Origin: an uncultured Pelagibacteraceae bacterium
Lineage (GTDB): Bacteria > Pseudomonadota > Alphaproteobacteria > Pelagibacterales > Pelagibacteraceae
Reading direction: 5' to 3'
DNA: 64,000 bases
NCBI GenBank assembly: GCA_902539165.1
Contig: CACBHY010000003.1
Span: forward strand, 70,657 to 134,656
Shown here: one piece after another, positions 1 through 8,773 of the stretch
Layout of the letters: every line of letters starts with the position of its first letter
Position numbering within the stretch: position 1 is the first letter of the stretch
The notes under the pieces: model-generated
Database searches by the model: none
Told to the model about the DNA's origin: nothing
The model's input: only the letters and a program-made list of their open reading frames with translations
Program-made: the position numbers and the translations under genes

Positions 1-1002
1 ACCAACTAATCCCATAGTAGGTGGGACTGTTGAGAGCCATAAAAATCCAAAAGTCATTCCAAAAAATATAGCTATAATTGGACTTGGAGGTAAAAATATA
101 AATATCGCAATTACCAAACCCCTAGCTATATAAATTGAACTTAGAATTAACTTTTTACTAAATTTCTGAGCAAGATATCCTGAGGTTAACGTACCAAATA
201 TATTAAACAAACCTATTAACGATAAAATTGTAACAGTACACCACTCGGGTAAACCTCTGTCGCTTATATATACTGGGATGTGAGTTGCAACTAATGTTAT
301 ATGCCATCCACAAACAAAAAAACCAAGAGTTAAATAAATAAAACTTTTACTACTAAAAGCTTCTTTTAAAGCTTCGGTGGCTGTTTGATCATCATTAATT
401 TTACCCCCAACAACATTTTTTGGAGTATTAAGACATAGAGCCAAAATCAATCCTCCAACAATAAATACTGCAAAAATTAGAAGAGTATTTTCCCATCCAT
501 TTTCTACAAGAGAAAATCTGGTAAAAATGGGTGAGATAAAATATCCAAAGGAGCCTGACGCAGTTACTATACCCATCGCTAGCGTTCTGTTTGATTGAGG
601 AAAATGTTTTGAAACTACCGAAACTGGGATACTGATTGCTGTAGCACCTAGGGCAACACCAATTAAAACACCTATTGCAGTTACAAAATATAGACCAGTA
701 TTATATTGAGAATTTAGCATTAATATTCCGGCAAGGTAAAAAACAAACCCAATAAATACTGCTATATGTCCACCATACTTATCTGTAATAACACCAAACC
801 AAGGTCCAAAAACTCCCCAGAGTAGCATTTGTAGTCCTAAGGCAAAACCAAATTGTGATAAAGTTATGTTCAAGTCGGTTGCAAAATCAAAATAAAACAT
901 TCCAAAAGTTTGTCTTATACCAAGAGAGACCATTACAATTACACATGCTGATAGAAGTGTAATTAGTACAGTTTTATTTTTTATAAATTTTTCAGCTACC
1001 AT
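1..1002 (-). CDS. MFS transporter, oxalate/formate-antiporter-like (C-terminus lies beyond the window edge)
   Basis: Not in the ORF track because it runs off the window. My reverse-strand translation from the ATG at 1002..1000 reads MVAEKFIKNKTVLITLLSACVIVMVSLGIRQTFGMFYFDF...GVITDKYGG... with no stops down to position 1. It has repeated hydrophobic spans typical of MFS transporters. Confidence 0.7.
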   Translation of the reverse strand, partial: MVAEKFIKNKTVLITLLSACVIVMVSLGIRQTFGMFYFDFATDLNITLSQFGFALGLQMLLWGVFGPWFGVITDKYGGHIAVFIGFVFYLAGILMLNSQYNTGLYFVTAIGVLIGVALGATAISIPVSVVSKHFPQSNRTLAMGIVTASGSFGYFISPIFTRFSLVENGWENTLLIFAVFIVGGLILALCLNTPKNVVGGKINDDQTATEALKEAFSSKSFIYLTLGFFVCGWHITLVATHIPVYISDRGLPEWCTVTILSLIGLFNIFGTLTSGYLAQKFSKKLILSSIYIARGLVIAIFIFLPPSPIIAIFFGMTFGFLWLSTVPPTMGLVG

Positions 1003-1009
1003 TAAAAGA

Positions 1010-2185
1010 TTATTTTAAGTGCTTTAATGCTTGTTTTATATCGGAGATAAGGTCGCTAGAATCTTCTAGGCCTATATGCAATCTTACTAAGTGTTCATCT
1101 TTTCCTAAATTTCCATATTTTCTTTTACCTGTTTCTACTGTTTCTTGGTGCAAGGCTAAACTTTCAAATCCTCCCCAGCTATAACCGTGACCAAATAATT
1201 TAAGAGAATTTACAAACTTTCGAACTGAATTTTTATTTTTTGACTTTATGATCAGACCCATTAATCCTGATGCTCCGGAATAATATTTTTTCCACATTTT
1301 GTAATTAAACGAATTTTTCTTATATGGATACAACAACTTTATTTTTTTAAATTTAGATAAAAATTCTGCAACTTTTTTTGTATTCTCGCTATGTCTATCA
1401 AGTCTCACATCTAAAGTTCTTAAACCCCTTGTAATTAAGTACGCATCATCTGGTCCTAATCTTAATCCAATCATTTTTTCTGCGATTTTAACTTTATTAA
1501 AAACTTTTTTATTTACAGCTAAACTTCCTCCCATAACATCGGAGTGTCCTGAGTAATATTTTGTTGCCGAAACAATCGACATATCAAAACCAAATTTAAT
1601 TGGTTTAAAATAATATGGTGTTGCCCATGTATTATCTATTGCAGTTAAAATCCTATTTTTTTTTGCAATTGAGATTATCTTTCTCAAATCTTGAAACTCA
1701 AATGTATTACTCCCTGGATTTTCAACATAAATCAACTTTGTTTTTTTGGTTATATTTTGAGAAATACTGTTTAAATCGTGTGGATTATAAAAAACTGTAC
1801 TAATATTAAATTCTTTTAGGAACTTTTCTGTTAAAACTCTCGTTGGGCTATATACGGGGTCTGAAATAATTATTTCATCACCTGGCCTTACTACACTTAT
1901 TATTGATAAAAAAACCGATCCAAATCCAGTTGGTGTTGTAAAAACATGGTAACTCTCTTCTAATTTAGTTAAAATTTTTTGAAGAATATAAGTTGTGGAA
2001 GTTCCTTGACGTCCATAATCATAATGACCACCGATTGGATTTTTTTTTGCCTTAGCTTGGGTCTTTCTTATATCTTGTAATGATTTAAAAATTATTGTGG
2101 ACGCTCTAACAACTGGTGGATTTACTGACTGATTATGGAAATCTTTAGCGGTATGTTTTAAAAAAGTCTTGAAAGAACTACTCAT
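1010..2185 (-). CDS. metC: Cystathionine beta-lyase (PLP-dependent Cys/Met metabolism family)
   Basis: 391 aa. It has the PLP-lysine block SATKYYSGHSDV plus YGRQGT, IDNTWATP, YSWGGFESL and LVRLHIGLED blocks, collinear with E. coli MetC as I recall it. Confidence 0.85.
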   Translation of the reverse strand: MSSSFKTFLKHTAKDFHNQSVNPPVVRASTIIFKSLQDIRKTQAKAKKNPIGGHYDYGRQGTSTTYILQKILTKLEESYHVFTTPTGFGSVFLSIISVVRPGDEIIISDPVYSPTRVLTEKFLKEFNISTVFYNPHDLNSISQNITKKTKLIYVENPGSNTFEFQDLRKIISIAKKNRILTAIDNTWATPYYFKPIKFGFDMSIVSATKYYSGHSDVMGGSLAVNKKVFNKVKIAEKMIGLRLGPDDAYLITRGLRTLDVRLDRHSENTKKVAEFLSKFKKIKLLYPYKKNSFNYKMWKKYYSGASGLMGLIIKSKNKNSVRKFVNSLKLFGHGYSWGGFESLALHQETVETGKRKYGNLGKDEHLVRLHIGLEDSSDLISDIKQALKHLK

Positions 2186-2261
2186 AATTAAATTTGATAT
2201 GTATAAAAGACAATGCTATATCCCTGCCATAATTTCAATTAAATTATAATTAGGAAAATGA

Positions 2262-2345
2262 ATGGCTTATCCAAAGAAACACAGGGGCAGAAGAAAGCAA
2301 GGCTCAAAAAAAAGAAGAGCTAAGAGAAAAAATAAGAAAAAGTAA
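2262..2345 (+). CDS. Candidate 27-aa ultra-basic micro-protein (MAYPKKHRGRRKQGSKKRRAKRKNKKK)
   Basis: ATG at 2262 is preceded by AGGAAA at 2252-2257. The TAA at 2343-2345 lies 6 nt before the ATG of the next gene. 16 of 27 residues are Lys/Arg. The only support is the ORF and its context. Confidence 0.3.
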   Translation: MAYPKKHRGRRKQGSKKRRAKRKNKKK

Positions 2346-2351
2346 TCTCCA

Positions 2352-3062
2352 ATGGAGCAGATAAATAAAGTTAAGTCCATAAGTATATGGATTTTTATTA
2401 TTCCATTTGTTGCTGTTAATGCATGTCTAATACTTATTACTCAGTTTCATGAAGTATTTCCAAATCAAGAACATATAATTCATAATACCTTTCCATATTT
2501 TGATGGTGGAACATCAATTAGCAGGACAGCAAGGCCCTATCCGAGTTGGTTAATCTTTAAGCCAGCTATGTTTTTAACCTCATATTTTCTAATAAAATAT
2601 TGGATTTATAATAAAAGAATAATTGAATTTTTTGATCAGGAACATAAATATAAAACAAAGATCCTTTTTTTTGGAATAGCGTCTGCTATAGCTTTAACAA
2701 TTCATTCAATTTTCCTTGGGATAAAATTTGATAATGATCTTTATAAACTATTTAGAAGAGTAATAATGCTATCGTTCATCGTTTTTGAGATCATTGCGCA
2801 GGCTTATTTAGTTGCATCATTTTATTCGTTTAAAAATAAGTTAGAAAAACATATAAATTCTATTTTTCTCCAACTTAAATTTTTTTTAGTTACAACTTTA
2901 ATTGTCGTAGCCATAATTAGTATTCCAATCATTAGTTTACCAGGAGATAATTTTTTGGGAATAAATTTAAAATTTCTGAAACATGCTCTAGAATGGGATT
3001 ATTTTATTGGGGTAATAACGTTTTATCTTTTAACTTTTTTTATGTGGAGGAGAGCTAATTAG
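2352..3062 (+). CDS. Integral membrane protein, unknown function
   Basis: 236-aa ORF with about 6 hydrophobic spans. I recognise no family motif. Confidence 0.6.
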   Translation: MEQINKVKSISIWIFIIPFVAVNACLILITQFHEVFPNQEHIIHNTFPYFDGGTSISRTARPYPSWLIFKPAMFLTSYFLIKYWIYNKRIIEFFDQEHKYKTKILFFGIASAIALTIHSIFLGIKFDNDLYKLFRRVIMLSFIVFEIIAQAYLVASFYSFKNKLEKHINSIFLQLKFFLVTTLIVVAIISIPIISLPGDNFLGINLKFLKHALEWDYFIGVITFYLLTFFMWRRAN

Positions 3063-4173
3063 CTATCCATCCACCACCAAGAACTTTATCACCAAATTTG
3101 TCTTTAGAATAAAATACACATGCTTGTCCAGGTGAGACACCATCCTCTGGTATCTTTAAATTTACCAATGCCGTTTTATTTTCCTTTAAATCTATATTTG
3201 CCTCAAGAAGATCTCCAGTAGATCTTACTTTAACATAAATATTATTATTTAAATGTTTACTATCAGTTAATAAATTTATTTGTTTCAATGAAATCTGCTT
3301 TTTACCGAGTTCTGCTTTTGGGCCCACTAATATTTCATTTTTATCAGAATTAATTTTAATCACATAAAGTGGTTCTTTATCAGAAACCTTTATTCCTTTT
3401 CTTTGCCCAATTGTAAAATTTATAATTCCATCATGAACACCAATTACATCTCCATTTAAATTTTTAATATTGCCTTTTTTAAAAGAGTCTGGTCTAAATT
3501 TTTGGATAACAGATGCATAGTCTCCATTTGGTACAAAACAAATATCCTGACTGTCAGGCTTATCGGCTACGTTGAGATTTAGATTTTTAGCAATTTCCCT
3601 CGTTTTATCTTTAAGCATTCCACCTAGTGGAAATCTTAAATAATCTAGTTGATCCCTTGTGGTATTAAATAAGAAATAACTTTGATCTCTATTTTCATCA
3701 ATTGCTCTGTACATATTTGTAGTATTATTTTCCGTAATACTTTTTACGTAATGACCAGTAACTAATGCATCTGCCTTAAGTTCTTTTGATACGCCAAATA
3801 AATCTTTAAATTTCACTGTTTGATTACATTGAACGCATGGAATTGGAGTTTCGCCACTTAGATAGCTCTCAACAAAATTATCTATTACTCCTTGTTTGAA
3901 TTTATCCTGATAATATAAAATTTTATGTTCTATATCCAATTTATGAGCTACACGTTTAGCATCCATAATATCTTGACCTGAACAGCACTGTTTTGATGCT
4001 GCAACCTCTTTACCATTGTCATAAAGTTTCAAAGTAATGCCTATTACCTTATATCCCTCTCTCTTCATCATGGCTGCAACGGTAGAAGAATCAACGCCCC
4101 CAGACATAGCGACAACTACAGTTGTATCTGATGGTTTTTTATTTAAACCAATAGAATTTAATTCTTTATTCAT
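3055..4173 (-). CDS. mnmA: tRNA-specific 2-thiouridylase MnmA
   Basis: 372 aa. It has the PP-loop [12 protein letters not shown], catalytic Cys contexts (PCVQCN, QDICF) and the typical MnmA length and C-terminal barrel. Confidence 0.95.
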   Translation of the reverse strand: MNKELNSIGLNKKPSDTTVVVAMSGGVDSSTVAAMMKREGYKVIGITLKLYDNGKEVAASKQCCSGQDIMDAKRVAHKLDIEHKILYYQDKFKQGVIDNFVESYLSGETPIPCVQCNQTVKFKDLFGVSKELKADALVTGHYVKSITENNTTNMYRAIDENRDQSYFLFNTTRDQLDYLRFPLGGMLKDKTREIAKNLNLNVADKPDSQDICFVPNGDYASVIQKFRPDSFKKGNIKNLNGDVIGVHDGIINFTIGQRKGIKVSDKEPLYVIKINSDKNEILVGPKAELGKKQISLKQINLLTDSKHLNNNIYVKVRSTGDLLEANIDLKENKTALVNLKIPEDGVSPGQACVFYSKDKFGDKVLGGGWIAN

Positions 4174-4214
4174 AAGGTGGTATTTACACTTATTTACAAT
4201 ATAAGTTAAATTAA

Positions 4215-4385
4215 ATGATATTAGATTATGAACCAGGTGACAAAGTCACTAATCCAAGACACAAAGAATGGGGAATTGGTCAAGTACAATCTATTATAAA
4301 TGGTAAGGTTACAGTAAATTTTGAAAACGCAGGCAAAAAAGTAATTAATGCAAAAAATATTGAGTTAAAAAAGATAGGCAAATAA
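4215..4385 (+). CDS. DUF3553-family small protein (56 aa)
   Basis: Below the track cutoff. The translation [56 protein letters not shown] carries the W-G-x-G-Q-V-Q-S...V-T-V-N-F-E-x-A-G-K core I associate with alphaproteobacterial DUF3553. Confidence 0.7.
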   Translation: MILDYEPGDKVTNPRHKEWGIGQVQSIINGKVTVNFENAGKKVINAKNIELKKIGK

Positions 4386-4389
4386 TTAA

Positions 4390-5154
4390 GTGAATTTAAA
4401 ACAAGTTATAGAGGAATTAATTGAGAGTTTTTTATTAGCGGGAGATTTATCCCTGCAGCTTAGAAATAAAGGATTAACTAAAACAATTAAATCTGACAAT
4501 ACGCCAGTCAGTAACGGTGATTTGGAGGTAAATAATTTAATAACAAAAAAAATTTCACAAATAACTCCAAATATACCAATTATTTCTGAAGAGACCTCAG
4601 ACAATAAAGATAAATTGAATTTAAAAAACTTTTGGCTAATAGACCCAATTGATGGAACTTATGACTATATAAATAATTTAGACGAATTTACAATTAATGC
4701 TGGATTGATTGTTAACAATAAACCTGTTGCAGGTTTAATAAATGCTCCAGCTAAAAAGCGAATGTTCTATTCATATGGCAATCAAAATGCTTACGAATTA
4801 AGCGATGGAAACACAATTAACTTAAGTAATAAGATTGTGAAAAAAGATAGGCCAATCACATTTATATCATATTCCAAAAAAACAAAGCCTGAAATTCAAA
4901 AAATATATAACGATTTAAAAGTTAAAGAAAATGTAAAAATGAAAAGTTCACTAAAATTTTGTGTAGTTGCAAGTGGAGAGTATGATGGATATGTTGCAGA
5001 GCCTAGAGCATACGAATGGGATATAGCAGCTGGTCATGCGATACTCGATCACTCAGGTGGTAGTATAACAGATTTTAATGGTAATGAAATTCTATACGGT
5101 AAAAAAGATCTAAAAAATCCTAGCCTTATTCTTAAAGGTAAAACTATATTATAA
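4390..5154 (+). CDS. cysQ: 3'(2'),5'-bisphosphate nucleotidase / inositol monophosphatase family
   Basis: 254 aa with a GTG start. It has the IMPase motifs ISEE, WLIDPIDGT and WDIAAGHAIL. Confidence 0.8.
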   Translation: MNLKQVIEELIESFLLAGDLSLQLRNKGLTKTIKSDNTPVSNGDLEVNNLITKKISQITPNIPIISEETSDNKDKLNLKNFWLIDPIDGTYDYINNLDEFTINAGLIVNNKPVAGLINAPAKKRMFYSYGNQNAYELSDGNTINLSNKIVKKDRPITFISYSKKTKPEIQKIYNDLKVKENVKMKSSLKFCVVASGEYDGYVAEPRAYEWDIAAGHAILDHSGGSITDFNGNEILYGKKDLKNPSLILKGKTIL

Positions 5155-5297
5155 TGGATGATCAAATTAGAATAATTTTAATAATTTTAGTTTCAGTATC
5201 AATTTTTGGATTGTTAGTTTTTGTTTTTGTTAAAAATTATATTAGAAATAAGATTAATCAGCTTGTGAAAGATGAAGATAGCAAAAAACTAAAGTAG
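5154..5297 (+). CDS. Candidate 47-aa single-pass membrane peptide
   Basis: The ATG overlaps the cysQ TAA (TAATG). The translation is MDDQIRIILIILVSVSIFGLLVFVFVKNYIRNKINQLVKDEDSKKLK, one hydrophobic helix with a basic tail. The 3' end overlaps the recX stop region by 9 nt. Confidence 0.4.
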   Translation: MDDQIRIILIILVSVSIFGLLVFVFVKNYIRNKINQLVKDEDSKKLK

Positions 5298-5852
5298 ATT
5301 AATCATTTTAATGAACTCTTCTTTATCAATATCCATAACTTTTTTTGAGGTTTCAAAATCAAAACCATTTCGAGCAAGTAATGATATATCTTTTTTGTAA
5401 AATAAAGTTCTGTTATCTTCTGATCTAGCTGGTCCTATTCTTTTTTTTTTACAAATTTTAATTGCTGAAAAAAAATCTTGATCTGAGTTATTTTCTTTTA
5501 TTTTGTTTACTGTATCTTTAATAAAGTTATCGTTAATACCTTTGGCAATTAGATAATTTCTAATTTTATTTATTGAATTACCTCTTTGAACCATACTTTT
5601 AGCTTTGCTTTCTGAGTAAAATTGATCATTTATAAATTTATTTTTTTCCAAATCAGACAAAACTATATCAATTAATTTATGTATATCCTGTTTTCTAGAG
5701 CCTGAAGCTGAAAGTTTCATATATTTTTTTAAAAGATAAGTTTTAAGTTGTTGTTTAGAGGGCGCATATTTTTCGGTATAAGCAAAGGCAAAATTACGCA
5801 TTTCGTCAACTGTTAACTGAAGTGTTTTTTTTCTATTTCTTATAGGAATCAT
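5289..5852 (-). CDS. recX: RecX family regulatory protein
   Basis: 187 aa. It shows the RecX-like repeated helical pattern (...FINDQFYSESKAKSMVQRGNSINKIRNYLIAKGINDNFIKD...). Confidence 0.7.
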   Translation of the reverse strand: MIPIRNRKKTLQLTVDEMRNFAFAYTEKYAPSKQQLKTYLLKKYMKLSASGSRKQDIHKLIDIVLSDLEKNKFINDQFYSESKAKSMVQRGNSINKIRNYLIAKGINDNFIKDTVNKIKENNSDQDFFSAIKICKKKRIGPARSEDNRTLFYKKDISLLARNGFDFETSKKVMDIDKEEFIKMINLL

Positions 5853-5878
5853 TGTTAGAATTTATATAATATATTTTC

Positions 5879-6352
5879 ATGATCGAACAAATTTATACTT
5901 ACTTTACAATTGAAACCCTCTACATGTGGATCAACTTAGGCGTTTTACCTTTCTGGCTAATATTGATTTTTTTTCCTCAGTCATATTTATGCAGATTTTT
6001 TGTAACATCAATATTTCCTTTTTTTGTATTAAGCGGAATATATGTATTTATTTTATATAAATCTTACTCGATTGGATATGATTTTAATGGAAATTTTAAT
6101 CTTTATTTGGGGCTTAATGAATTATCAAGATTATTTGAAGAGCAATTGTACATAATGATTTTCTGGACACATTTCATAGCTATAAATTTATTTGTTGGTG
6201 GCTGGATTGTAAAAGACTCTCAAAAATTTTTGATTAATAAAATTTTATTATCCGTACCTTTATTAATTACTTACTTAATTGGCCCAATTGGTATTTTTAT
6301 TTATTGGGTGATTAGAATATTTTACGCGAAAAGAATTAATCTATATGAATAA
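5879..6352 (+). CDS. DUF4281 (ABA4-like) membrane protein
   Basis: 157 aa with 4 TM spans. The N-terminal LPFWLILIFFP and C-terminal HFIAINLFVGGWIVKD match the conserved ABA4-like blocks as I remember them. Confidence 0.65.
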   Translation: MIEQIYTYFTIETLYMWINLGVLPFWLILIFFPQSYLCRFFVTSIFPFFVLSGIYVFILYKSYSIGYDFNGNFNLYLGLNELSRLFEEQLYIMIFWTHFIAINLFVGGWIVKDSQKFLINKILLSVPLLITYLIGPIGIFIYWVIRIFYAKRINLYE

Positions 6353-6923
6353 TTATGTAGATTTTTATTTTGATCTAATTAGTCCATATTCCTTTATTGC
6401 ATATAAAAAATTGCTTAAAATTAAAGATATTAATTTTAAATATAAACCAATATTATTGGGTGGTCTTCATAATCTAGCTGGTATCAGTCCACCAGCTTTT
6501 AATAAATATAAGAGTAAGAACCTAAAAAATGATTGTGAGCTAGTTGCAACTAAAAATAATATAAATTTTCAATGGAATACAAATTTTCCAATAAATACTC
6601 TTAATATGATGAGAGGTTATTTGTGTGTTGAACAAGACAAAAAAAATGAATATTTAAAAATTTTTTTTGAGGCTTATTGGGTAAATAATATAGATTTAAC
6701 TAAACATGATAATATTAACTTATTATTAGATAAATTAAATATTAATAAAGAGAAATTTTTTAATGATTTAAAAAATCAGTCTATCAAAGATGAATTAAAA
6801 AAAATTACAAATGATGCTTTTGAGAAAGATGTGTTTGGTGCTCCAACTTTTATAGTAAATAAAAAAATATTCTGGGGCCAAGACCGTCTTGAATATGCAA
6901 TTGAAGAACTTAAAAAAAATTAA
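6345..6923 (+). CDS. 2-hydroxychromene-2-carboxylate isomerase family protein (DsbA-like fold)
   Basis: 192 aa. It has the N-terminal FYFDLISPYSF and C-terminal FGAPTFIVNKKIFWGQDRLE blocks typical of the HCCA isomerase/DsbA-like family. It overlaps the upstream gene by 8 nt. Confidence 0.8.
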   Translation: MNNYVDFYFDLISPYSFIAYKKLLKIKDINFKYKPILLGGLHNLAGISPPAFNKYKSKNLKNDCELVATKNNINFQWNTNFPINTLNMMRGYLCVEQDKKNEYLKIFFEAYWVNNIDLTKHDNINLLLDKLNINKEKFFNDLKNQSIKDELKKITNDAFEKDVFGAPTFIVNKKIFWGQDRLEYAIEELKKN

Positions 6924-7303
6924 ACTATTTTGAACTTACTGTTAGCTATAGATCCAAATCCACCGTCTATATGAGAAATTTTATCGTATCCCATATCTTT
7001 TAAGGATTTTACAGCTAAAGCAGATCTTACGCCTCCAGCACAAAATAAAACCATTTCTTTATCTTTATCAAGTTTTCCGTTTTGGAAAAATACACTGTTT
7101 GGATCTAAAAAAATTTCCAACATTCCACGAGGAATATGGTTTGAATTTTCTACGCTTCCAGTTTTGTTTAATTCATTTATCTCTCTAATATCTATCAGAT
7201 TACAATTATTATCTTCTACCAATTTATAAGCCTCATCTGCACTAATTGTTTTTATTTCACTCATAGCATCAGACACCAAAGTTTGGATTGATTTAATTGT
7301 CAT
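6920..7303 (-). CDS. Rhodanese-domain sulfurtransferase
   Basis: 127 aa, a single rhodanese domain with the active-site loop CAGGVRS. Confidence 0.85.
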   Translation of the reverse strand: MTIKSIQTLVSDAMSEIKTISADEAYKLVEDNNCNLIDIREINELNKTGSVENSNHIPRGMLEIFLDPNSVFFQNGKLDKDKEMVLFCAGGVRSALAVKSLKDMGYDKISHIDGGFGSIANSKFKIV

Positions 7304-7359
7304 AATATTTTTAATATATTAATTTACATTAATTTCCAAATAAAATAACGATTATAGAT

Positions 7360-8340
7360 GTGAAGAAATTATTAAAAAGATTGTTAATTAAATTGAATAG
7401 ATTATGTGGTTACGAGATTATAGACCAAAATGAATTCTCTTTTCCGTCACTAAAAGATAAAAACTATAACAATCTTAGTATCATTAATCAAAAATCTATA
7501 GTCATGCCATTAGGCGAAGTGAAAATAACAAGAAAAATAAAATCTTTAGGAATTATTGTAAGAACGAATTCTAATATTCACATATCAGACCAAAATAAAA
7601 AAAGAATATTTAATAAAGATAAGTTAGATTACATTTCAAAGTCTTTAAAATCACTTATTATATCTATAAATTTATTTAGTAATAAATTTAAAAACTTCAA
7701 AATAAATTTAACCATTGTTGATCAAAGTAAAAGTGAAGATATCATTCAATTATTTGATGATATTTTTTCTAAATTAAATTTTGAAGTTAAAATAATACCT
7801 TTTGATAAAAATGAATATAAAGATGAAATCAATTTAGATTATAATAAAGATATATACGGGAATTTAAGTAGTTTATTTAAATGTTTTAATATTGGTAAAC
7901 AAAGTAATGATGATTTAGTTTTTTTTTTAGAAGACGACTACTTGCACAAAGAAACCTTAATTGAAGAAATGATAATGACTTATGAGAGAATTTCTTCTCA
8001 ACTTAATAAAGAGTTAATTTTGGTTCCGTCTGACTATCCTTATTTATACATGAAAGAAAGAGAAACTAATATTCTTACTGGTAGTCATAGACATTGGCAA
8101 ACATTAGATAAAATTTTATGTAGTTTTATGACAAGTAATGAAATTTTAAATAGTTACTGGGATAATTTTAAACTCACTTGCCAAGATCATAATGATCCAA
8201 TTGAAAAATATCTTAACAAAATATGTAAAAAAGAAATATGCATTTCACCTATACCATCTTTGTCTATTCATATGGCAAATGCAAACTCAATATTTGGAGT
8301 TTCTCCCTTTATAGATGTTAAGAGTGAGTGGGAAAAATAA
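7360..8340 (+). CDS. Putative glycosyltransferase (GT-A-like), family unassigned
   Basis: 326 aa. It has a GT-A-like beta-strand start (LGIIVRTNS) and a DXD-like FFLEDDY. It sits next to CDP-sugar genes, and its coding sequence is very Lys/Asn/Ile-rich. Confidence 0.5.
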   Translation: MKKLLKRLLIKLNRLCGYEIIDQNEFSFPSLKDKNYNNLSIINQKSIVMPLGEVKITRKIKSLGIIVRTNSNIHISDQNKKRIFNKDKLDYISKSLKSLIISINLFSNKFKNFKINLTIVDQSKSEDIIQLFDDIFSKLNFEVKIIPFDKNEYKDEINLDYNKDIYGNLSSLFKCFNIGKQSNDDLVFFLEDDYLHKETLIEEMIMTYERISSQLNKELILVPSDYPYLYMKERETNILTGSHRHWQTLDKILCSFMTSNEILNSYWDNFKLTCQDHNDPIEKYLNKICKKEICISPIPSLSIHMANANSIFGVSPFIDVKSEWEK

Positions 8341-8344
8341 TTTT

Positions 8345-8773
8345 TTATTTTATATAATTTCCATTAATCAGATTGGATTTTAGAGTTTCGCCATCTGAAT
8401 GAGGCTTGTCAATTAAATTTGCAATTACTGATTTTTTTTTCTTTGTGGTAAATGAAAACCAAACCCCAGGTGGAACAATCAAAATATTATATTTATTTTT
8501 ATTTAAAGTAATGTTTGTTTCTTTATTAAAACTTGATGATTGTTTTCTCCCATCATATAATTTGAAGCTAACCTCGCCATAAACAGCTGTAAATATACAT
8601 TGATTTTTTTTATGTAAAATCCAACCCTTTTTTTTATTTGAATTTATTTCGTTAAAATAAATTTCTCCAAATGACTTAAAAAAATCATTTTTTTTAGACA
8701 CAAATTTTAGTAAATCACCTTTAGGGTTTTTGAAAACTCTTTGCTTAATCTTTTTAACGCCAATTATTTTCAT
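8345..8773 (-). CDS. Small cupin-fold sugar-nucleotide epimerase/isomerase-like protein (RmlC/WxcM-like)
   Basis: 142 aa with a beta-rich cupin-like sequence (GEIYFNEI...KGWILHKK...). It overlaps rfbG by 20 nt, so it is probably co-translated with the CDP-sugar genes. Confidence 0.55.
   Translation of the reverse strand: MKIIGVKKIKQRVFKNPKGDLLKFVSKKNDFFKSFGEIYFNEINSNKKKGWILHKKNQCIFTAVYGEVSFKLYDGRKQSSSFNKETNITLNKNKYNILIVPPGVWFSFTTKKKKSVIANLIDKPHSDGETLKSNLINGNYIK

Noticed and set aside
2186-2261. A possible SAM-type (SAM-II/SAM-V) riboswitch upstream of metC.
   Set aside because: On the minus strand I see no pseudoknot-forming AAAGCU / U-rich triplex blocks, and the region is a featureless AT-rich spacer. 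A covariance-model scan would be needed to exclude it fully.
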